The notes under the pieces: model-generated
Databases searched by the model: none
Told to the model about the DNA's origin: nothing
The model's input: the letters and a program-made list of their open reading frames with translations, nothing else
Position numbers and translations under genes: made by a program
Shown: piece by piece, positions 19,701-29,574 of the stretch
How the letters are laid out: the number at the start of each line of letters is the position of its first letter
Numbering within the stretch: position 1 is the stretch's first letter
Virus record (IMG/VR): IMGVR_UViG_3300031813_000013
Coordinates: 12,842 to 76,841 of that record
DNA: 64,000 bases
Strand: one strand, 5' to 3'
DNA from: a virus
Lineage: Duplodnaviria > Caudoviricetes

Positions 19701-21747
19701 CTGTTACATTACCGTTGATTGATCCACCGTTAGATGAGAATCTAGTGTTTGCAAAATTGTATGCGGCATTGGCCTGTGTAAACGCACCATTTGCATACAA
19801 TGATGCACTGTTGGCTTGGCCATATGCTGAATTGGCTTGTAAGAATGCAGAGTTTGCATATGTGCCTGCTGCTGCCGCACCAGAGTTAGAATTAGCTGCC
19901 GCATAAGCTGCATTAGCTTGAGCAAAAGCTGCATTAGCATATTGTGCACTAGAGTTTGCAACACCAAATGATGCGTTTGCCTCTATAAAAGCACCATTCG
20001 CATACAATGCACCAGAATTTGCAGTGCTATAGGCGGCGTTTGCTTCCAAGAAAGCACCATTTGCATACAATGATGCACTATTGGCCTGAGCATATGCTGA
20101 GTTAGCTTCAACAAAAGCACCATTAGCATATAAAGCACCAGAGTTTGCTGCACCAAATGCTGCATTTGATTTTATAAATGCTGCATTAGCATACAATGCA
20201 CCAGAATTTGCGGCACCAAAAGCCGCATTTGCTTGGTCTAATACTTCAATACCACTATCATAAATTCTACCGCCACTAAACACATTTGAATATAGTGTAT
20301 CTGTTGCAGCATTATAAGTTAGATATGCATTTGCGCTGGTGTTTGAAATGCCACTTGTTACATCACCCAATTGAATCCAATAAGTTCCAGTGGATTGGTT
20401 TGTAACATTGATTGCTAGTGCAAGGTTGGCAGTTGATGCTACTCCAGCAGCATTATAAGCAGTTGTTTGTACTGTGCCATCGCCAAACGTTATGCTATTA
20501 CTTGAACCAACTGTGATATTACCTGAGTAAATGTTTCCAGATACACCAAGTCCACCAGTAACTACTATTGCACCAGTATTATTGTTAACGGCCGGTGTTG
20601 GATATACAGCATAGTATGGTGAAAATGGTGAAAGTGATTGGAAATATGCACCTGAACCATTATAAATCGTGGTGCTTTTGCCACTAGATTCAGTAAAAGC
20701 GTGATTTGAATCTAGTGCATTCAACAACAATACTGTATTTGGTGTTGCAGGCAATGGCTTTGTGCTTGGTGTAAAGTTTGATGTATATGCCGCAGTACCA
20801 TTAATTACTCTAAGTGAAGTAATATAACCGTATGAATAATGAGATAACGCATCAGTGAAAGTTCCACTATAACCAATTAAAGTACTTAATGAAGTTGACG
20901 ATGATCCAGTTGCAGAAGATACACCATTAACATAAATTGTATATGTGCCGCTATGTTTTACTAATGCCAAATGGTACCAAGTACCTGTATTAATTGTCGT
21001 TGATGCTGTTATCGTTGTGCCGCCAGAAATGTACACTTCTGGTTTAGCAGTATTTTGATTAACATAGAAACTAAATCCAGTACCACTATTTGTACCTATA
21101 TCAAAAATTGAAAATGCGTAAAAATAACCTTGAGTATTGACCCATGCTTCAACTGTGAAATCGTTTGAACCAAAATTGAAACCACTAGATGAATATGCTT
21201 CAATATAAGAAGTATTGAAATTATAATAAATGCTTCCAGGTACAGTATAAGATGGTACAGGATATACATTCAATGAGGGTGTGTATAGTGTATCTGTTGC
21301 AGAGTTAAATGTTAACCAGTTATTACTAATTGTATTTGCTATACCCGATACACTATCACCCAACTTAACGTAATATGTTCCTGTATTTGCGTTTGTTGAT
21401 GTGTATGCTGCATTTGCCTGTTTGAAAGCAGCATTTGCATATGTAAATAATATGCTAGAATCAACGGTAAATGTTTTTGTTGATGTGCAAGCGGTTATTG
21501 ATGTACCATTGGCACCAAGAACTGTTAATGTATCTGTTGGTGAACCAGCAAGTATCAACGAACCGCTTGCATTGACTGTAGCAAACGAAGATGGATTATA
21601 GAAATATGATGTGCCACCACCTGCATTTTTATAATACAGTTTGCCATCATAGTAATTCAGACCTAACTGGCCATATACCAAACTTGATGGTACGTTACCG
21701 GTGGTGCCAGAATTTAATAAAACTATCGTTGTGTTTGCTATTGTCAT
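13711..21747 (-). CDS. Giant tail fibre / adhesin (2678 aa): N-terminal anchor, LamG domain, long AN-x-A-(F/Y) heptad stalk, C-terminal adaptor
   Basis: N-term VPSSLVYGQLGLNYYDGKLYYK; LamG motifs DFTVEAWV, WYHLALVK, YVNG, YITSLRV; >150 ANxAF/Y-type heptads; C-term WPSGVAPSLT...DMFTLMTIDGGTTY. Confidence 0.85.
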   Translation of the reverse strand: MTIANTTIVLLNSGTTGNVPSSLVYGQLGLNYYDGKLYYKNAGGGTSYFYNPSSFATVNASGSLILAGSPTDTLTVLGANGTSITACTSTKTFTVDSSILFTYANAAFKQANAAYTSTNANTGTYYVKLGDSVSGIANTISNNWLTFNSATDTLYTPSLNVYPVPSYTVPGSIYYNFNTSYIEAYSSSGFNFGSNDFTVEAWVNTQGYFYAFSIFDIGTNSGTGFSFYVNQNTAKPEVYISGGTTITASTTINTGTWYHLALVKHSGTYTIYVNGVSSATGSSSTSLSTLIGYSGTFTDALSHYSYGYITSLRVINGTAAYTSNFTPSTKPLPATPNTVLLLNALDSNHAFTESSGKSTTIYNGSGAYFQSLSPFSPYYAVYPTPAVNNNTGAIVVTGGLGVSGNIYSGNITVGSSNSITFGDGTVQTTAYNAAGVASTANLALAINVTNQSTGTYWIQLGDVTSGISNTSANAYLTYNAATDTLYSNVFSGGRIYDSGIEVLDQANAAFGAANSGALYANAAFIKSNAAFGAANSGALYANGAFVEANSAYAQANSASLYANGAFLEANAAYSTANSGALYANGAFIEANASFGVANSSAQYANAAFAQANAAYAAANSNSGAAAAGTYANSAFLQANSAYGQANSASLYANGAFTQANAAYNFANTRFSSNGGSINGNVTVNGTLSVTGNITYTGNITTQVISGNTGEFFGYPSNGFNALYAGIPSGFLIEPQTVTQFTSNFNGYSGLNMQNINSGNNASFDIFITPDNGTPNDTFLDMGMASSTYAYPGYTMIGPNDGYLIAYGNTNTGGGNMIVSTGQQNDIIFTTGGVNIENEVARFKNNIGLVLKQNPITFADGTTQNTAAASFGYSNVIYSQATAAFTQANSAFAEANSAASYANGAFREANAAYSQANTATNNAAGASLYANGAFLEANSAYDTANSGSRYANAAFIAANAAYAAANSAAGAAAASLYANGAFAQANAAFYEANSAFSSASSASSAAASAQSRADDAYNQAIQAINNAADASSYANGAFVEANSAYDTANSGSSYANSAFLKANGAFVQANAVYILANTTYSNLANVSNSVNASFAEANSSALYANGSFIQANGSYNTANSGSLYANGAFLQSNAAYSTANSGALYANGAFVEANSAYSQANLAFNNSASAGIYANGAFAEANAAYDQANTATNNASGASLYANGAFVEANSAYSVANSAALYANGAFLEANSAYGQANTATTNAAGASLYANGAFIQANAVYILANTTANNLANVSNSVNSSFAEANSAALYANGAFSQANAAFAYANTLLSGTSASVYANGAFLEANAAYATANSGSLYANGAFVEANSAYNQANTATNNAAGASLYANGAFIEANAAYTQANTANNTAASASQYANSAYTQANTATNNASGASQYANGAFLQANAAFDYANSLISGGATGSYANSAFLEANAAYGQANSAATYANGAFTQANASYTQANTATNNAAGASLYANSAFVKANAAFDYANSLISGGATGAYANAAFLQANSAYAQANSASVYANGAFTAANVGQTFVNSGGTVGGSVTVSGQLNVTGNLNILGTASYVNTATLQSVDSLIELAANNTVSDVVDIGFYGASNTGTSVQYHGLVREGSGGTNAGSFYLFKNLNTNPTGNVISYSSAAPASLFAGNITIAGTGNGITFVDGTTQTTSSASAGNYANGAFTQANAAFAYANSLISGGATGSYANAAFGVANSAALYANGAFVEANAAYVQANTATNNAAGASLYANGAFNQANAAYAYANSLISGGATGAYANAAFAVANSASLYANGAFVEANSAYDQANTATNNASGASSYANGAFIQANAAYAYANSLTTGGATDTSARVQANAAFIQANAAYAYANSLSTGGATDTSARTNASAAFTQANSAYNQANTATNNAAGASLYANGAFVEANSAFGTANSGAQYANSAFLQANSAYAYANGIISALNSSGVSTANVANISNIANSLVVTNPSSGSYYINFSPSTSGTLALSANVNLVYNVSTNQITVPSISANRIYDNGIEVLNQANAAYSQANSGALYANGAFAQANAAYAYANTLLSGSSAGVYANAAFIQANAAYGQANTATNNAAGASLYANGAFLEANASYSTANSAQTYANGAFLEANSAYGQANTATNNAAGASLYANAAFVQANAAYAYANSLSSGSIDNYARTTANAAYTTANAAFIQANAVFAQDNAAFIQANSAFGVANSGAIYANGAFIQANTATNNAAGASLYANGAFVEANASYTQANTATNNAAGASLYANGAFVQANAAYAYANTLVVGGSYANAAFVQANSAYNQANTATNNAAGASLYANSAYTQANTATNNAAGASLYANGAFGTANSGALYANGAFVQANSSYTQANTATNNAAGASLYANGAFGVANSASLYANGAFIQANAAYAYANSLASGSIDNYARTTANAAFIQANAAFTAANAAFLQANTPLPISNSAALYANGAFTQANAAFTTANNALPNTGTLITHSGTAINLLPNTQISTSCTTGALIVTGGVGISGNVYAANVYTNGLYYAANGQPISTGGGSSTITSSAPAISAGTLTLNLAAASVFNVAVSSAISTITISGAPSSPSVGSFVVIFTYNGTSYSVAWPTSFRWPSGVAPSLTFTNGKRDMFTLMTIDGGTTYQAVVSGLNM

Positions 21748-21750
21748 TTG

Positions 21751-22326
21751 TTAAAATGTTCCACCGTCTTTTGTTGTTTCTTCTGTATCATCAACAAATT
21801 CAGGTAAAACACTTGTACTTTCACCTGCTTGTTTAGATTCTTCTAACTTCTTACGTTTCGCAGGAGACAATTGCAAGTATTCAATTTTGTCATTCAACTC
21901 TTTGAGTTTTATTTCATACTCAGTACGAGTTCTTTCGTGTTCATTTCGTTCTTTTATCAACTCATTTCTGAACGTATCAATATGATTCAATTGATGTCTC
22001 ATGTTCTCCACTGAACTCTTGGATCTATTTAGTTCGTCAATTTCTTCCCTTTGTTGGTATATGGTTCTTTCTTTTTCCAACAAAGCATCGGCGTGTTCAC
22101 GTTCTTTATTTTCAAACCAGATTTCTCTATCGGCCACAAGTTTTTTAATGTCGCCATCTAGTTCTGTGATTTGTTTTCTTAGACCATCGTTTTCGGCTTG
22201 TACTTCACCGACTAACTCATCAACAAACTTTGCGTTTGCCTGTAGAGATACGCCACGGAGAATTGACTCTTGCAATGTGCCGGTCAATACCTCCATGTAA
22301 TACTTCATATATTTTTCATTACTCAT
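21751..22326 (-). CDS. Coiled-coil hypothetical protein (191 aa)
   Basis: Charged heptad pattern throughout; AGGAG SD; TATAAATG at 22343-22350. Confidence 0.7.
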   Translation of the reverse strand: MSNEKYMKYYMEVLTGTLQESILRGVSLQANAKFVDELVGEVQAENDGLRKQITELDGDIKKLVADREIWFENKEREHADALLEKERTIYQQREEIDELNRSKSSVENMRHQLNHIDTFRNELIKERNEHERTRTEYEIKLKELNDKIEYLQLSPAKRKKLEESKQAGESTSVLPEFVDDTEETTKDGGTF

Positions 22327-22360
22327 ATCAAACTCCTATAAACATTTATATAGTCAACGC

Positions 22361-24508
22361 TTAGAATCTTCCTCCGTCAAGCGTTGATGTCCATACTGGA
22401 GTTCCTGCATTGGTAACAGTCATCAATTGATTTGAATATGTTTGGTCCGATACACCCGCAGCTTGAGTAATTTGTAGGCCTTGTGAACCATTACCATACA
22501 CCAATCCGTTTGGTGTAAAGTATGTTTGGCCAGTACCGCCATAAGGTACTGTCAATGCTTGTGATAGTGCAACAAAGTTATTACCATAAATGGTCATTGC
22601 ATCCGTAGCACCATTATTCACAACAAAGTGAATTGAATTTGCCAATGCTGTACCAAATACCAAGTCGCTGTTAGAAGCATACATGTAAACAGCATTTGCT
22701 TTATTCAAGCTTCCTGTTCCTGTGAACTGCGAACTGTTCATGCCAAAGTCACCGTAGAATCCATTGTCTGCACCTAAGTCATTAGATACAACAAAGTCTG
22801 CCGATGCTTGTGTTCCGTTATTGGAGTTTTGAACAATAACTTGTTGGTAAGAATTTGAATTACCAGTAAACTGTGCCATAGCACCAGCAGCAGTAAATGC
22901 TGGTGTATTTGCAAGCAATGTTTGTACATTGATTTTAGCAAATGTTGCAGTTCCTTGAATTGTTGGACTATTATTCAATACAACTGCACCAGAACCTGTT
23001 GTACTTTGATTCAGGTTGTTTGCGTCAATTTTAATTATGGTGTTTGCAACAGAGATTACACGGCCAAAATTGTCTGTTGTGATGACAGGCAGATAAGAAT
23101 TGTTACCATATGTGCCAGCAGTATTAGTGTTTGCTAATGATACAATACCAGAACCGTTATAGAAAACAAGTTCATTATTAATAAATGAACCATTATTTGT
23201 ACCGCCTTGAGAGATGGCCAATTGTCCACTTGTTACTTGGCTCGCATCAATAGAAATTGCTGTGTTGTTTACAGCAGAAATTCTACCCCATGCATCTGTA
23301 GTAAACACTGGTACTTGACTTGCTGTGCCATATGTTGCTGCTGTACCTGCATTTGCCAATGGTTGCAATGCACCAGTGCCGTTGCCAATGATAATTTGAC
23401 CAGAAGCAAACGATGTATTGCCTGTGCCACCATTAGGTACAGTTAACTGATTTAATAATTGCAAGCTACCAATTGTTGCATTGGTAATGTTTGCGGTGTT
23501 TGCTCTAACTTGGAAAGCAACTAAGTTAGCATGTAGTGTTGCTGTGTTTTGGCCGGTAAATTCGTTAGCATTAATAACATTACTTGCAATAGAACCATTA
23601 ACTTGAATGTTATTAAACAAGTAGTAGTCTTTAGAACCAGCATCACGCACAAGACCAGTTAAGTTATTTTGTGTACCGTTGTTATAGATACCGTAGAAAC
23701 CGATATCAACAACGTCACCAACTGTATTGTTTGCAGCCAACTCAATCAATGAAGAAGTTGTTTCATAGATTGTAGTATTAACATATGAAGTTGAACCAGT
23801 AACTGTCAAGTTACCAGTAATTGCAACGTCTGTACCAATGACCTGTGTACCAACAAGTGCAGTATTGGTACGCATAATTGATGTATTAGTACCAATAACT
23901 AATCTACTACCACTAACTTGTGTTGTGATACCACCAATGCCGTCAATTTCCCATGTATTTCCGTTAGCAATAGAAATGGTATTAGCACCATCAAACACAT
24001 TGAATTGAGTATACAGTGCAGCAGTAGAAACGCCAAGAATACGACCGTTTGCGCCGTATTGAATAACTGGAATAGCAGTTGTGCTACCAACTGTGCTGTT
24101 GGATAGACCAGGAACTGCATTGAGAGAAGCTGCTAATGTTACAGAGTTGTTGCCACCAAACAAAACTTTGGCTGCATACATGTCTCCACCAGAAATGGAG
24201 AAATTCTGTGGATTTTGTAGATATGTTGCTGTGTTTGCGTTACCTACAAAAGTACCAAAGACATAATTGAAAGATGCATTACCTGAAGCATCTCGTCTAA
24301 CTAGGCCTAATGGTGTATTTGCATCAGTTGCACTGTCAATCTGGCTGGTATAGAATACACCGCCGACATTAAGAACACCATCACCAGCTACAGTACCTAA
24401 AAATAATGTATTTGAAAGGTACGAGTAAGCAAATTCACCTGCTTGGAGAACTCCGGGTGTTGAATTTGCACTCGAACGTTTAATTAGTAGACTGGTATTT
24501 GATGCCAT
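22361..24508 (-). CDS. Tail fibre-like virion protein (715 aa)
   Basis: N-term LLIKRSSANSTPGVLQAGEFAYS anchor; DAWGRISAV and DNFGRV fibre repeats; C-term LDGGRF; shares modules with other fibres in the window. Confidence 0.75.
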   Translation of the reverse strand: MASNTSLLIKRSSANSTPGVLQAGEFAYSYLSNTLFLGTVAGDGVLNVGGVFYTSQIDSATDANTPLGLVRRDASGNASFNYVFGTFVGNANTATYLQNPQNFSISGGDMYAAKVLFGGNNSVTLAASLNAVPGLSNSTVGSTTAIPVIQYGANGRILGVSTAALYTQFNVFDGANTISIANGNTWEIDGIGGITTQVSGSRLVIGTNTSIMRTNTALVGTQVIGTDVAITGNLTVTGSTSYVNTTIYETTSSLIELAANNTVGDVVDIGFYGIYNNGTQNNLTGLVRDAGSKDYYLFNNIQVNGSIASNVINANEFTGQNTATLHANLVAFQVRANTANITNATIGSLQLLNQLTVPNGGTGNTSFASGQIIIGNGTGALQPLANAGTAATYGTASQVPVFTTDAWGRISAVNNTAISIDASQVTSGQLAISQGGTNNGSFINNELVFYNGSGIVSLANTNTAGTYGNNSYLPVITTDNFGRVISVANTIIKIDANNLNQSTTGSGAVVLNNSPTIQGTATFAKINVQTLLANTPAFTAAGAMAQFTGNSNSYQQVIVQNSNNGTQASADFVVSNDLGADNGFYGDFGMNSSQFTGTGSLNKANAVYMYASNSDLVFGTALANSIHFVVNNGATDAMTIYGNNFVALSQALTVPYGGTGQTYFTPNGLVYGNGSQGLQITQAAGVSDQTYSNQLMTVTNAGTPVWTSTLDGGRF

Positions 24509-24541
24509 TTTTATGACCCTTTATTATTATTCTTATATTTA

Positions 24542-25165
24542 TTAAAATGAGCCTGCGTCAACATGACCAAAAATTTGTCCACCTACAGAAACATTTCCTG
24601 GTACGACCAAGTCTCCACCTGGCGTAGATGTTATTCCGTGTGCTTGTAATGCCGATGATGCAACACTATATGCATAAGATGCCGATGCTAATGCAACATT
24701 TGCTTCAGCATAAGATGCTTCAGCTAGTATAGTGGCCGCTTGTGCACTTGCCTCTGCCAAGTTTGCAACATTCAATGAAGTATTTGCTAATTCAAGTGCA
24801 ATATTTGCCGTAAATGCTGCGGATGCACCAGTAACATTTGCGGTATTCGCAGTAAAACTGGCAAGTCCTGCTAAAATATTTGCAGTATTCGATTGATTTA
24901 AAGCTAAAATAGCATTTGCCGCCGCACCAATAGCAACAAGAGTTGCAGCATTTGCCGTACTTAAAGCATTTAGAGCATTTGACTGTGCACTATTTGCTGT
25001 AAGCAAAGAAACGTTTGCATATTGTCCAATATTTGCAATTGCGGCTTGTTGTTCTGGATTCAAATAAGAACCAACAAACGTTGCTGTCGTGCTTACATCA
25101 ACCGGTGCCGCAGGACCAACCCGAACAGCAATTGTTTTTGGAGGATTTACAACTACATTAACCAT
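24542..25165 (-). CDS. Ala-rich helical virion protein (207 aa)
   Basis: Ala/Asn heptads; C-terminal DAGSF motif like LDGGRF of the neighbour. Confidence 0.6.
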   Translation of the reverse strand: MVNVVVNPPKTIAVRVGPAAPVDVSTTATFVGSYLNPEQQAAIANIGQYANVSLLTANSAQSNALNALSTANAATLVAIGAAANAILALNQSNTANILAGLASFTANTANVTGASAAFTANIALELANTSLNVANLAEASAQAATILAEASYAEANVALASASYAYSVASSALQAHGITSTPGGDLVVPGNVSVGGQIFGHVDAGSF

Positions 25166-25530
25166 TATACATTAAATCCATATGATGAATTAACTCCTGT
25201 TACACCAGGATTAACAAAAATTCTACCTTCAAGAACTCTTGAAATGTTATTAGAGGCATCTTTGACAACAACATCATAAACAAGAGTGCCGGCTGGAACA
25301 TTAGATGAATTGGCCGCATCTAAAGAAAGACCTATAACACCAGTTGCAGCATCCAATACTGTTGTAGAGAAATTAATTGCTACGTTTGGTGAAATATATG
25401 ATTGTTTTGCTTGGCTAGCCACACTAAATCCTGACAAATTGTATGCGTTACCATAGTTGTCGGTTAGTGTTAGCTGTGTGGTGAATGTTGAGCCTTGATC
25501 CAAGTATTGGTCTGAGTAACCTGCGGCCAT
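25165..25530 (-). CDS. Small BppU-like/Ig-fold virion adaptor protein (121 aa)
   Basis: LDQGSTFTTQLTL, YNLSG, GVIGLSL, YDVVV, RVLEGRIFVNPGVT, a pattern typical of T4-like fibre adaptors; CATAAATA at 25559-25566. Confidence 0.65.
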   Translation of the reverse strand: MAAGYSDQYLDQGSTFTTQLTLTDNYGNAYNLSGFSVASQAKQSYISPNVAINFSTTVLDAATGVIGLSLDAANSSNVPAGTLVYDVVVKDASNNISRVLEGRIFVNPGVTGVNSSYGFNV

Positions 25531-25593
25531 TTTGAAGTCCTCTTATAATATTATCACCTATTTATGAATGATAATATTTGCCGGACTCTCAAA

Positions 25594-26178
25594 CTATACC
25601 CATTTTGGTCCTTCAAACCATGCGGCGAGGGAATATCTTGTACCTTTAGTTACCGGATTAGCTTGATGATATACAAAAGATGGTAAAATTATGGCTGAAC
25701 CTTGTTTTTTCATTTGAATATTATCAGTTTCAGATGGATATGAACTCAAATTTGACATTTGAAATTCACCACCTTCATATTCGCTAGGATCAGTCAACTG
25801 GATGACACAGGTTAATTTTCTATGTCGTGTGTCATTGTTGATCCAAAAAACGTCCTGGTGGGTCTTATATTCACCCCGGTAAGATGCATCATACTCTGCT
25901 AGTTGTATGAAGGATAGATTGGTGATGTGAAAATTAAAGAAGTCTTTATTGGTGCGAATGCCTAACTTCCAGATATCATCAAATAGCCATTGAAATTTTG
26001 TGTTGGTGTCTTCAATGAAACGAACTTTACTCTTTCGTATACTATCGTCTGTGCGAATTTTTCCACCACTGACACCAACTTCCGAATCTCTAGGCTCAAT
26101 TTTTAAGCCTTCTTCTAAGATGAATTTACATTTTTCTTTGTTGAGGTATTCGCCCCAATAGCACCATTCACCAGTCAT
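25594..26178 (-). CDS. 2OG-Fe(II) oxygenase, prolyl-hydroxylase/PKHD-like
   Basis: HxD (YKTHQD), RKLTCVIQL, EYEGGEF, distal His (VYHQANPV), RYSLAAW. Confidence 0.88.
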   Translation of the reverse strand: MTGEWCYWGEYLNKEKCKFILEEGLKIEPRDSEVGVSGGKIRTDDSIRKSKVRFIEDTNTKFQWLFDDIWKLGIRTNKDFFNFHITNLSFIQLAEYDASYRGEYKTHQDVFWINNDTRHRKLTCVIQLTDPSEYEGGEFQMSNLSSYPSETDNIQMKKQGSAIILPSFVYHQANPVTKGTRYSLAAWFEGPKWV

Positions 26179-26212
26179 AATATATCCTTTATAAACCTAC
26201 AATTATGTAGGC

Positions 26213-29200
26213 TTACTTTTTCAGTGCATCAACTTCTGCTTTAAGTTCTTTGATGGCCTCAACAATCAGTGGAACCAAACGTGCATAGTCCAATGTCAAA
26301 TATTGGTTATCAATTGGCGCTGGCTTAACAACTTCTGGTTGAACTTTTTGCACATCTTGTGCCGAAAGACCAACTTCACGACCAGCGGAGATATATCCCA
26401 ATTCTTTAGCAATTTCATTAGGTTCATAGTAGAATGCTGACAATGACAATAGTTTTTCTAGGGCATTTTCAATTAAACCTAATCTGTTTTTAAGTTTATC
26501 GTCAGAGACACCGGCAACTACGTTACCAGCAGCATAAATCCAACCGGCTGTACCAGAAGGTGTGCCAACACCTAAAGCATTCATTTGATATGCAGCATTT
26601 GGATTAAATTGTCCTGTTGGTCCAGGTGATCCTGGTGAACCTGTAGCACCAGGACTACCTGGAGCACCAGGACTACCTGTAGCACCAGGAGTGCCTGTTG
26701 GACCAGGAATAATAGAACCTGGACCTGTGGGTCCTGTTGGACCTGTTGGTCCCGTTGGGCCTGTGGGTCCTGTCGGGCCGATAGGACCAGAACTTCCGTT
26801 ACTACCAGGAGTGCCTGCTGGTCCAGTAGGTCCAGGAACTGTAGATGGTGAACCTGGAGAACCTGTTGGACCAGGACTACCTGTTGGTCCTGCTGGTCCT
26901 GTTGGGCCTGTGGGTCCTGTTGGTCCAGTAATACCACCAGAAGAACCTACCCATTGTCCTGAACTGTTGATAATTTGAGTAGAACCAACATATACTCCGG
27001 AATTTAAATGTGATATTCCGGTAACTGTTAGTGCACCCGACACTGTGCCGCCGCTTGCAGGTAAAGCTGCTGCTGCAAGGCTATATGCCGAATTGGCTTC
27101 TGCGTATGCTGCTTGCACGTATGCACTTGTACCTGCTGCATTAGCAACTGCAAAAGCCGCATTGGCTTGGTTAAAGGCTGGCTGTGCATATAAACCAGCA
27201 TTATTAGCTTGTGCATAGGCTGCATTAGCTTGAATGAAAGCTGCACTGATGCTTGTGTTTTGTGTTATTTCAACACCATTCAGTAGACTAATTTGTGTGT
27301 TAGCATAACCATAAGCTGCATTAGCTTGTACAAAAGCACCATTAGAATACAGTGAAGCACCATTTGCTTGTGCATATGCAGAATTTGCTTGTAGGAACGC
27401 TGCGTTAGCATATGTTCCAGTCACATTTTGTGATTGATAAGCAGAATTCGCTTCAACAAATGCACCATTAGCATACAATGAAGCACCATTTGCTTGTGCA
27501 TATGCAGAATTTGCTTGTAAGAAACTACGTTGTGCGAATGTGTAAAGTGTATTTGCACCATCCGACCTCAAGATTGTTCCTGTATTTGTTGTCACCAAAC
27601 TTGGTGACATCATGTTTGCAGTTAGAATTTGCGAATATGCTGTTGACAGATCAGAATTATTAACGTCACGAATATCCCAATAGTAATTTGGCTCATCCCA
27701 ACGAATAGAAGCATTGCTGGTGCCTAAACCTCTATACACAGAGAAATAGCTTATTAGTCCAGTGTTTGTATTAGGACTCAATGTTAGTTGGTTAGTGTTC
27801 AACAATGCGGTACCATTGATAACAAAAGCACCATTAACTGACAACTGATTCAACACTTGCAAATTATTGATAAAACCATTTGCAGATTGTGCATTGAATG
27901 TTCTATCAACTTCAATATAAGGTGTTGTTATGTTTGTATTTGCTGTAATGTTGTTGGCATTGATTGAGTTGTTTGCACTCAATGCTGCTGTCTGAATAGT
28001 CAGATTTGCAACAAGGTATGGTGTAGTAATACTTGTGTTGGATTGTAATGTATTTGTATATAATCCACCAGATAAAGACTCTGTGTTTGCAACGATGTTA
28101 TTTGTTGTTAAGGTTGCAAGCAGTGCATTGATAGCAGTACCGTAAACTGTTAGGTTTGCACCAACACCGATATTGGTATTAGCATTAAGTGCATTAACTG
28201 TTTCTGTGCCGCCAATCCAAGAAGAAGCATTAACACTGATTGTATTTGTGTATGTGTTTGTTGAAACACTCAATGATTGTGTATTGATTTGTGTATTTGC
28301 TTGTAATGTGCCTGTAAACACATTGGTGTTTGCTTGTAGAACACCAGTAACAATGTTTGTGTTGGCCAATACTGTAGCAGTGAATACGTTGCTATTGGCT
28401 TGTAATGTTGTTGTTACAATGTTGTTGTTTGCCAATATGGTAGCTGTGATTACATTACTATTTGCTTGTAGAGTATTTGTATATACATTGTTGTTTGCCT
28501 GCAATGCCGAGGTATATACATTTGTATTTGCTTGTAATGTACCAGTGACCACGTTTGTATTGGCCAAAACAGTAGAAGTAATTACGTTACTGTTTGCTTG
28601 TAGTGTTGTGGTGGTAACTTGATTGTTTGCAAGAATTGTATTGCTGTAGATATTGTTGTTGGCTTGCAATACATTAGTTACAACTCTATTGTTTGCTTGT
28701 AATGTGGAGGTTACAACGAATGTATTTGACAATAAGAATGCTGTTGTGACACTAGCATTTGCCTGTAAGGTAGCGGTTAATACACTGGTGTTTGCTTGAA
28801 TGCCATTGGTCCATACGTTATTAACAATAGAAGCGTTTGCAAAACCAAGAATATTATTGGTCACATATAATGTATTTGCAATGTTGGTGTTGCCAGAAAT
28901 CCATGTATTGCCACCGATATAAGTATTACCAGTAATATCAATCCAACCATTCATTGTGGTGTTGCCTGAAACAACCAAAGCCGGCACAGCGGTATTTGTG
29001 ATATAAACGGAACCATTCATGTATGACTGACCAGCCGCATACATACTGACAACGGTGTTGTTTAGATATAATTGACCACCACCTGTTGCTTGGGGAATGG
29101 TAGGACCCACGGTCAAGTTATTCTGTATATAACCAGAAGAACCTGTTCCTTGAACCTGTAATGCTCCAGATACCAATGCATTATTTGCAACAGTTACGCC

Positions 29201-29350
29201 GTAACCCGAACCTTGCAAAATTAAAGTACCGGAATTTTTGGTATAATTACCAAAGCCTAGCGTATTAAGTTCACCTGCGGCAGTAATACTGGACGCAATT
29301 AAGTCACCGAATGAATTTGCATAACTTACGACTGGTACTGTATTAGCCAT
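26213..29350 (-). CDS. Tail fibre with 11-residue beta repeats, collagen-like Gly-X-Y segment and C-terminal intramolecular chaperone (peptidase S74)
   Basis: (L/I)QANxxVxTxT repeats; (GPT)n; VSDDKLK...[16 protein letters not shown]...[17 protein letters not shown]. Confidence 0.88.
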   Translation of the reverse strand: MANTVPVVSYANSFGDLIASSITAAGELNTLGFGNYTKNSGTLILQGSGYGVTVANNALVSGALQVQGTGSSGYIQNNLTVGPTIPQATGGGQLYLNNTVVSMYAAGQSYMNGSVYITNTAVPALVVSGNTTMNGWIDITGNTYIGGNTWISGNTNIANTLYVTNNILGFANASIVNNVWTNGIQANTSVLTATLQANASVTTAFLLSNTFVVTSTLQANNRVVTNVLQANNNIYSNTILANNQVTTTTLQANSNVITSTVLANTNVVTGTLQANTNVYTSALQANNNVYTNTLQANSNVITATILANNNIVTTTLQANSNVFTATVLANTNIVTGVLQANTNVFTGTLQANTQINTQSLSVSTNTYTNTISVNASSWIGGTETVNALNANTNIGVGANLTVYGTAINALLATLTTNNIVANTESLSGGLYTNTLQSNTSITTPYLVANLTIQTAALSANNSINANNITANTNITTPYIEVDRTFNAQSANGFINNLQVLNQLSVNGAFVINGTALLNTNQLTLSPNTNTGLISYFSVYRGLGTSNASIRWDEPNYYWDIRDVNNSDLSTAYSQILTANMMSPSLVTTNTGTILRSDGANTLYTFAQRSFLQANSAYAQANGASLYANGAFVEANSAYQSQNVTGTYANAAFLQANSAYAQANGASLYSNGAFVQANAAYGYANTQISLLNGVEITQNTSISAAFIQANAAYAQANNAGLYAQPAFNQANAAFAVANAAGTSAYVQAAYAEANSAYSLAAAALPASGGTVSGALTVTGISHLNSGVYVGSTQIINSSGQWVGSSGGITGPTGPTGPTGPAGPTGSPGPTGSPGSPSTVPGPTGPAGTPGSNGSSGPIGPTGPTGPTGPTGPTGPTGPGSIIPGPTGTPGATGSPGAPGSPGATGSPGSPGPTGQFNPNAAYQMNALGVGTPSGTAGWIYAAGNVVAGVSDDKLKNRLGLIENALEKLLSLSAFYYEPNEIAKELGYISAGREVGLSAQDVQKVQPEVVKPAPIDNQYLTLDYARLVPLIVEAIKELKAEVDALKK

Positions 29351-29573
29351 TTAGATTCTTACCTATTAGTTGTTGCAATAAGGATTTGATTTCTGACACA
29401 TCATCCTTAACGCTTGATATTTCTTGTTTGACTTTATTTATTTCATCTTTTTGAGTCTTCAATACGGCCATCTTAGATAAGTAGTCATTTTTTTGTGTAT
29501 TATCCGCAGGCAAGAGAGCCATATTGGTGGTATCTCTCATCAAATTACTATTAGGAATTCTCACCAAGGCCAT
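29343..29573 (-). CDS. Small conserved T4-like virion-module protein (76 aa)
   Basis: Start reassigned to MALVRIP (29573), 1 nt after the upstream stop; [11 protein letters not shown] plus C-terminal coiled coil. Confidence 0.7.
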   Translation of the reverse strand: MALVRIPNSNLMRDTTNMALLPADNTQKNDYLSKMAVLKTQKDEINKVKQEISSVKDDVSEIKSLLQQLIGKNLNG

Positions 29574-29574
29574 A

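Noticed and set aside
13711-21747. Periodic 21-nt pattern resembling a CRISPR or satellite array
   Set aside because: The period is the codon-level trace of a protein heptad inside one open frame, with synonymous variation and no unique spacers
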